DNA from: a bacterium
GTDB taxonomy: Bacteria > SAR324 > JACQKK01
NCBI GenBank assembly: GCA_965240465.1
Contig: OZ251219.1
Location: 1,344,001 to 1,408,000, forward strand
Length of the DNA: 64,000 nt
Reading direction: 5' to 3'
The translations under genes were made by a program, and so were the position numbers. Under the pieces are notes generated by a model, which worked only from the letters and a program-made list of their open reading frames with translations, had not been told where the DNA came from and did not search any database. Shown here in pieces: positions 59,189 through 64,000 of this stretch. Each line of letters begins with the position of its first letter. The stretch's first letter is position 1.

Positions 59189-59402
59189 TGTCTCCTATTT
59201 ATAATTAAAATACAAAATATACATACTTAATTGTATGTGTGAAGAGCGTATTACCATGAATAAGTAAAGTCAAATAATAACGCCTGTTTTTTTTATGTTG
59301 CTTAATTCCCTTGAAAAAACTGGTACTTGTGGCAAGATGGCGACATGGGGCGGTAAGGATTTGGCAAATTAGGCTTACCATGTCTTTTAATGATGTAGAT
59401 AA

Positions 59403-62400
59403 ATGCCCTTAAAAGATGTTCCTGCCTGCTATGACGGGTCTCGGCTGGAAGAAGAAATACTGCAATTTTGGCAGCAGCAGGATGTTTTTGCCAAGTGCTT
59501 AGAACAGACTGAGGGGCGGCCGCTGTTTTCATTTAATGAGGGTCCTCCTACCGCCAATGGCAAGCCGGGCTTGCATCATGTGCTGGCACGTGCCTTTAAG
59601 GACATTTACCTCCGCTACCGAACTATGCGTGGGTTTTATTGTCCTCGCAAGGCGGGCTGGGATTGCCACGGGTTGCCAGTGGAACACGAAGTAGAAAAAG
59701 AACTGGGCATTTTCAACAAGCAGGAAATTGAATCTCGGGTGGGGATAGAGGAATTTAATCGCCGTTGTCGGCAATCGGTCATGCGTTATGTGAAACCTTG
59801 GGCAGAAATGACCCAACGCATGGGCTTTTGGGTAGATCTGGAGAACGCTTATTTCACCCTCGACAATGACTATATTGAATCGGTCTGGCAGCTGCTTAAA
59901 ATAATCTGGGATAAGGGCTTTATTAAAAAAGACTATAAGGTTGTTCCATATGACCCGCAAGCGGGGGTCACCTTGTCATCGCATGAGGTGGCTTTGGGCT
60001 ACAAAGAGGTGGAAGATCCTTCGGTGTTCGTACGCTTTCGTCTACAGGATAAGGAAAATACCAGCCTGCTAGCTTGGACAACCACTCCCTGGACACTGCC
60101 AGCTAATTTTGCTCTGGCTGTAAATCCTGAGGCTGAGTATCTAGAAGTGGAAGTAGACCTGACTGAGCCCACTGATAAAAAATGCGAGCGATTAATAGTC
60201 GCCCAGCAGTGCTTGGAAGCAGTATTTTCAGGGGTGGAAGTAAAGATTATCAGGCGTATGCAGGGGCATGAACTGGCAGGGATGCGTTATCAGAGGCTGT
60301 TTGATGAGTGGCCTGCCGAGGGATATGTTTGTCGCATTGTGGCAGAGAAGTTTGTGGGTACAGATGAAGGTACAGGGATTGTCCATTTGGCTCCCTATGG
60401 TGCAGAAGATATGGAAGTTGCCCGCAAGCATGGTTTCACGGCAGCCCATGTGGTTGGCATGGATGGGAAATTTTTACCGCATGTATCATTTGTAGCTGGC
60501 AAATTCTTTAAGGATGCCGATAAAAGCATCATCAAGGCGTTAAAAGACAAGGGGTTGCTGTTTAGAATGCAGATTATCACGCATAGCTATCCTCATGGTT
60601 GGCGTACAGGCGTGCCGCTTATGTACTATCCTAAGGAAGCTTGGTTTATTCGCACCTCACAGATACGCGCGCGTATGGTGGAGCTTAACCAGAGTATTAA
60701 CTGGATACCCGATCACATTAAGGACGGTCGCTTTGGGAATTGGCTCTCTAACAATGTGGATTGGGCTCTTTCCCGAGAAAGATTTTGGGGTACTCCTTTG
60801 CCTATCTGGACTGATGGCGAGGAATTCATATGTGTTGGGTCTGTAGCAGAGCTAGAAAAGCTCTGCGGTAAAAATCTGATGGAGCTTGATTTACATCGTC
60901 CTGCGGTAGACAAAATAACCTTCCCTCATCCTAAAACAGGTCGTACAATGAGCAGAGTGCCAGAAGTGATTGATTGCTGGTTTGACTCAGGAGCTATGCC
61001 ATACGCCCAGTGGCACTACCCATTTGAAAACAAAGAGCGTTTTCAAAAGCAATTTCCTGCTGATTTCATATGTGAGGCCATCGACCAAACTAGGGGCTGG
61101 TTTTATAGCCTCCATGCGGTAGCTACCTTGATATCTGACCAAGCTTCTTTTCAGAATGTGATCTGTTTGAGTCACATAGTGGATGAAAATGGGTGCAAGA
61201 TGTCCAAATCGCTGGGAAATGTGATTGCCCCCTTTGAGGTTTTCAATAAGGTTGGTGCAGATCCTCTCAGATGGCATTTCCTTGCCAGAGTCCCTCCAGA
61301 AGGTCAAAAACGAGTTTCATTAGACTTAATTCGGGGAGTTTCCAGCGGATTTATCAACACTTATTGGAATATTTATGCTTTTTTCATTAACTATGCCAAG
61401 CTAGATAAAATCAATTTTAATCAGCCTCTTGACCCCAAATTACTCACCGAAATAGACCGCTGGATACTGGCATTGCTGGGAAAAACCATTCTCACAGTTT
61501 CTACTGCCCTAGACAACTTTGATGCCCGTACCGCAGGAGATTCTCTAGAACGCTTTGTCAACCAACTCAGCAATTGGTACATACGCCGCAACCGATACCG
61601 ATTTTGGAAAAGTGAGCCTGGTCAAGACAAGCAAATGGCTTATTTAACACTAGGGCATTGTCTGTATGACATCAATCGTATGCTGGCACCTTTTATGCCC
61701 TTTATCACAGAGGAGGTACATAAAAATCTAGCCAGCACCATAAACTCCAGTGCCCCCGTAAGCGTTCACCTAGATAGCTGGCCTAAGCCTGATGATTCCT
61801 TTATTGATCAGCCATTGGTTGAGCAAATGAACGTAGCCCAAAAAGTGGTTTCATTAGGTCGGGCTGCCAGAGAAAAATCTGCCATCCGAGTTAGGCAGCC
61901 ATTGTCTCTCATCAGTATCTATCTTCCCGATGAAATCGCAAAAGAAGCCGTCCTAGCCCAAAAAAAGCATATCTTGGAAGAACTAAACATCAAAAAACTA
62001 GAGTTTCTACCGCCCCAAGCCTGTATTGCCCAGTACCAAGTTAAGCCGAACCTTCCTCGCCTAGGTAAAAAACTAGGTCCGCGTATCCCCGTCCTAAAAA
62101 AAACCCTAGCTGCTTTGCCCGAAAAATCAATCGCCCAACTCCAACAAGGACAATCCATCACCATTACGCTCAATAATCAATCCCTCAACCTATCACCAGA
62201 AGATGTACTTATTGAAACCACCTCTGCCAATGCTGGTCAACAATCGGCTGCCAGTGAAGGCAAAATCCTGGTCATCATCAATACCAGTCTAAACGAAAAA
62301 TTGCTACAAGAAGGACTCGCCCGAGAACTCATCCGCTCCGTACAAGAAGCTCGTAAACAAGCTCAACTTAAACTCTCCGACCGCATCAACCTTCACATTA

Positions 62401-62564
62401 GCGGTAGCGAAATAGTCCAAAAAACCATCGCCTCCAACCAAAAATTCATCATGAGTGAAACCCTCGCTACCCACTGGGCTACCCAAAAATTAGCCTCCTT
62501 TACCTGTCAGCATAAGGTGAACCCTCATCACTGGACTATATCCCTAGAAAAAAGCACCAACTAG
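59403..62564 (+). CDS. ileS: Isoleucine--tRNA ligase, type 2
   Basis: EGPPTANG.PGLHH, RKAGWDCHGLPVE, AWTTTPWTLP.N.AL, DW.LSRER.WGTPLP, EAIDQTRGWFY, KMSKS.GN; long type-2 C-terminus (EG.ARE.IR.VQ..RK). Confidence 0.95.
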   Translation: MPLKDVPACYDGSRLEEEILQFWQQQDVFAKCLEQTEGRPLFSFNEGPPTANGKPGLHHVLARAFKDIYLRYRTMRGFYCPRKAGWDCHGLPVEHEVEKELGIFNKQEIESRVGIEEFNRRCRQSVMRYVKPWAEMTQRMGFWVDLENAYFTLDNDYIESVWQLLKIIWDKGFIKKDYKVVPYDPQAGVTLSSHEVALGYKEVEDPSVFVRFRLQDKENTSLLAWTTTPWTLPANFALAVNPEAEYLEVEVDLTEPTDKKCERLIVAQQCLEAVFSGVEVKIIRRMQGHELAGMRYQRLFDEWPAEGYVCRIVAEKFVGTDEGTGIVHLAPYGAEDMEVARKHGFTAAHVVGMDGKFLPHVSFVAGKFFKDADKSIIKALKDKGLLFRMQIITHSYPHGWRTGVPLMYYPKEAWFIRTSQIRARMVELNQSINWIPDHIKDGRFGNWLSNNVDWALSRERFWGTPLPIWTDGEEFICVGSVAELEKLCGKNLMELDLHRPAVDKITFPHPKTGRTMSRVPEVIDCWFDSGAMPYAQWHYPFENKERFQKQFPADFICEAIDQTRGWFYSLHAVATLISDQASFQNVICLSHIVDENGCKMSKSLGNVIAPFEVFNKVGADPLRWHFLARVPPEGQKRVSLDLIRGVSSGFINTYWNIYAFFINYAKLDKINFNQPLDPKLLTEIDRWILALLGKTILTVSTALDNFDARTAGDSLERFVNQLSNWYIRRNRYRFWKSEPGQDKQMAYLTLGHCLYDINRMLAPFMPFITEEVHKNLASTINSSAPVSVHLDSWPKPDDSFIDQPLVEQMNVAQKVVSLGRAAREKSAIRVRQPLSLISIYLPDEIAKEAVLAQKKHILEELNIKKLEFLPPQACIAQYQVKPNLPRLGKKLGPRIPVLKKTLAALPEKSIAQLQQGQSITITLNNQSLNLSPEDVLIETTSANAGQQSAASEGKILVIINTSLNEKLLQEGLARELIRSVQEARKQAQLKLSDRINLHISGSEIVQKTIASNQKFIMSETLATHWATQKLASFTCQHKVNPHHWTISLEKSTN

Positions 62565-62699
62565 GTTGTGATCGGGTACGATGTGTAACTCTCCAAATAC
62601 GAGGCTCATCTGTAATAAGCACTTGTCAAACAGATAATCTGCTGACACAATTAGCAGGGATTGTTTTATTTATCGCCTTGCATATCATAACTGGAAAAA

Positions 62700-62954
62700 A
62701 TGGCTAATATTGAAATCTACACCATCACCTACTGCCCTTCTTGCATCAAAGCCAAAAAATTGTTGGGCGAAAAAAAGGTGCCGTACAAAGAGATAAACTT
62801 AGACGAAGAGCCTAAAAAACGAGATGAAATGCTAAAGCGTACGGAAGGCAAACACACTGTTCCTCAAATTTTCATCAATAATAAACACATCGGTGGTTGT
62901 GATGATCTGCAAAACCTCAGTGAAACTGAAAAGCTAGACGCTCTTTTGAAATAG
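62700..62954 (+). CDS. grxC: Glutaredoxin 3
   Basis: IEIYT...CPSC..AK.LL, TVPQIFI...HIGGCDDL, KLD.LL. Confidence 0.88.
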   Translation: MANIEIYTITYCPSCIKAKKLLGEKKVPYKEINLDEEPKKRDEMLKRTEGKHTVPQIFINNKHIGGCDDLQNLSETEKLDALLK

Positions 62955-62960
62955 TGCTGA

Positions 62961-63170
62961 TTTGCAGATACAGGGAAGCTATTTGGGTATGCTAAGAACA
63001 GCTATGAAGATGCATTTCAAAAGTTGAAAACGGGTAAGGGAGCTATAATCGGCAGAGTGGAAAAAATCAAACATTTGGGGGCTAAAGCGCAAAAGCAACT
63101 TGATAAAAATCTGCTTGAAAGTGTCGATGATAGCAATCTTCTTTTAGAAGGAAGCAAGGACGAGTCATAA
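62961..63170 (+). pseudogene. 3' remnant of an rmuC-like gene
   Basis: The frame after TGA 62958 reads FADTGKLFGYAKNSYEDAFQKLKTGKGAIIGRVEKIKHLGAKAQKQLDKNLL...*, resembling the RmuC C-terminus (Y..A..KL..G.G.......L..LG); no start codon. Confidence 0.6.
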
Positions 63171-64000
63171 ATGGAAACATCTCAAGATAGCAAGAGCGCA
63201 TCAAATTTCATATCAGATTTAATCCGTTACTATATGGATTTTCTCGAAACTAACTTCCATAAAAGGAGAGTCCCTAAAAGAAGTGTTAAATATCGTGATG
63301 GCAAGAATCTTCTCATAGGGCAAAATCTTAATAAATATCCAAGGTTCTCCGAAAAACTTTGGAAATATATCAATCGATCATTTGATGAGAATACATCACT
63401 TTCTGTTAAGAGAGGTCAATACAAGACCACAATTCCAAAGTCACGTATAGATCTTATACACAAGCAGAGTGATTCCATTACGCCTGAACACGTAGACCAG
63501 ATTCAGAATGGAATCATAGATGTGATGAATAAAGTATCAATAGAGCATCGAGATGAAGCGGATAAAGCTTTTAATATCGCATTGGATGAGACCGCAGAAA
63601 TACTCGGAGAGGTAATCATCCGCCCCTTTCTCGAGAAGATAGAAAAGCTGATAGCTAAGCAAAGCAATACAGAAATCGATTCGACATATTCTTTGGAAGA
63701 AGTTGTTGATGTCCTTGTAACACCTATGAGAGATATTATTTCAGAATCCATCAATTTATTGATAACTAATCAAGAATTCGACCCAAAAAAGGAACTGTCA
63801 ACTGAATGTGAAGTGAGGTTACTGAAAGATCGATTAATTCATTATTTTGACGATCTCTCAAAGGATGATCTCTACTCTGAGATTAGGGATCTTGTAGATA
63901 ATAAACACATCTTAGACAAGCAGGAGCTATACCTTTACTTCTGTGATATTAAATTCAATCAAAATCGTTATCCAATATTTTATATTCCCATCTCAATAGA
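63171..64000 (+). CDS. Hypothetical protein, 5' part only (not in the ORF track because it runs off the window)
   Basis: ATG 63171 directly after TAA; translated by hand as 276 codons with no stop to the window end (METSQDSKSASNFISDLIRYYMDFLETNFHKRRVPKRSVKYRD...YFCDIKFNQNRYPIFYIPISI); AT-rich. Confidence 0.8.
   Translation, partial: METSQDSKSASNFISDLIRYYMDFLETNFHKRRVPKRSVKYRDGKNLLIGQNLNKYPRFSEKLWKYINRSFDENTSLSVKRGQYKTTIPKSRIDLIHKQSDSITPEHVDQIQNGIIDVMNKVSIEHRDEADKAFNIALDETAEILGEVIIRPFLEKIEKLIAKQSNTEIDSTYSLEEVVDVLVTPMRDIISESINLLITNQEFDPKKELSTECEVRLLKDRLIHYFDDLSKDDLYSEIRDLVDNKHILDKQELYLYFCDIKFNQNRYPIFYIPISI

Noticed and set aside
62624-62647. Imperfect palindrome tgtca-aa-cagat-a-atctg-c-tgaca upstream of grxC
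   Set aside because: Single, imperfect and not assignable to a known regulator.

Overview
Bacterial chromosomal window with no phage, transposase, integrase, CRISPR array or rRNA seen. It carries two tandem arrays of surface-lipoprotein genes. The first (57-13161) has four genes, each encoding a lipobox, an acidic thrombospondin-type-3-like repeat stalk of very different length and a GLUG-repeat head. They are separated by a duplicated promoter cassette with a variable poly-C tract. The second (35667-44432) has three near-identical RCC1-repeat beta-propeller lipoprotein genes separated by decayed copies of the neighbouring gene's 3' end. Three more RCC1-repeat genes lie elsewhere in the window. 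In both arrays the paralogs differ mostly at codon positions 1-2 in short patches and appear to be mosaics of each other, which suggests a diversifying surface-binding repertoire. The rest is a complete alternative complex III operon (actABCDEF), tRNA-Val(TAC) and housekeeping genes (glk, dcd, dksA, hup, prmC, yggT/yggS, isolated nuoI and nuoH, otsBA, cutA, comM, thiD, hemW, lepA, an RNase II-family gene, type 2 ileS with a GLHH motif, grxC). There is also an Mrr-like nuclease, an rmuC 3' remnant and an AT-rich ORF that runs off the window end. A kb-scale sawtooth G/C skew appears to reset near gene boundaries whatever the gene's orientation. A deltaproteobacteria/SAR324-like, possibly host-associated organism is a weak inference only.
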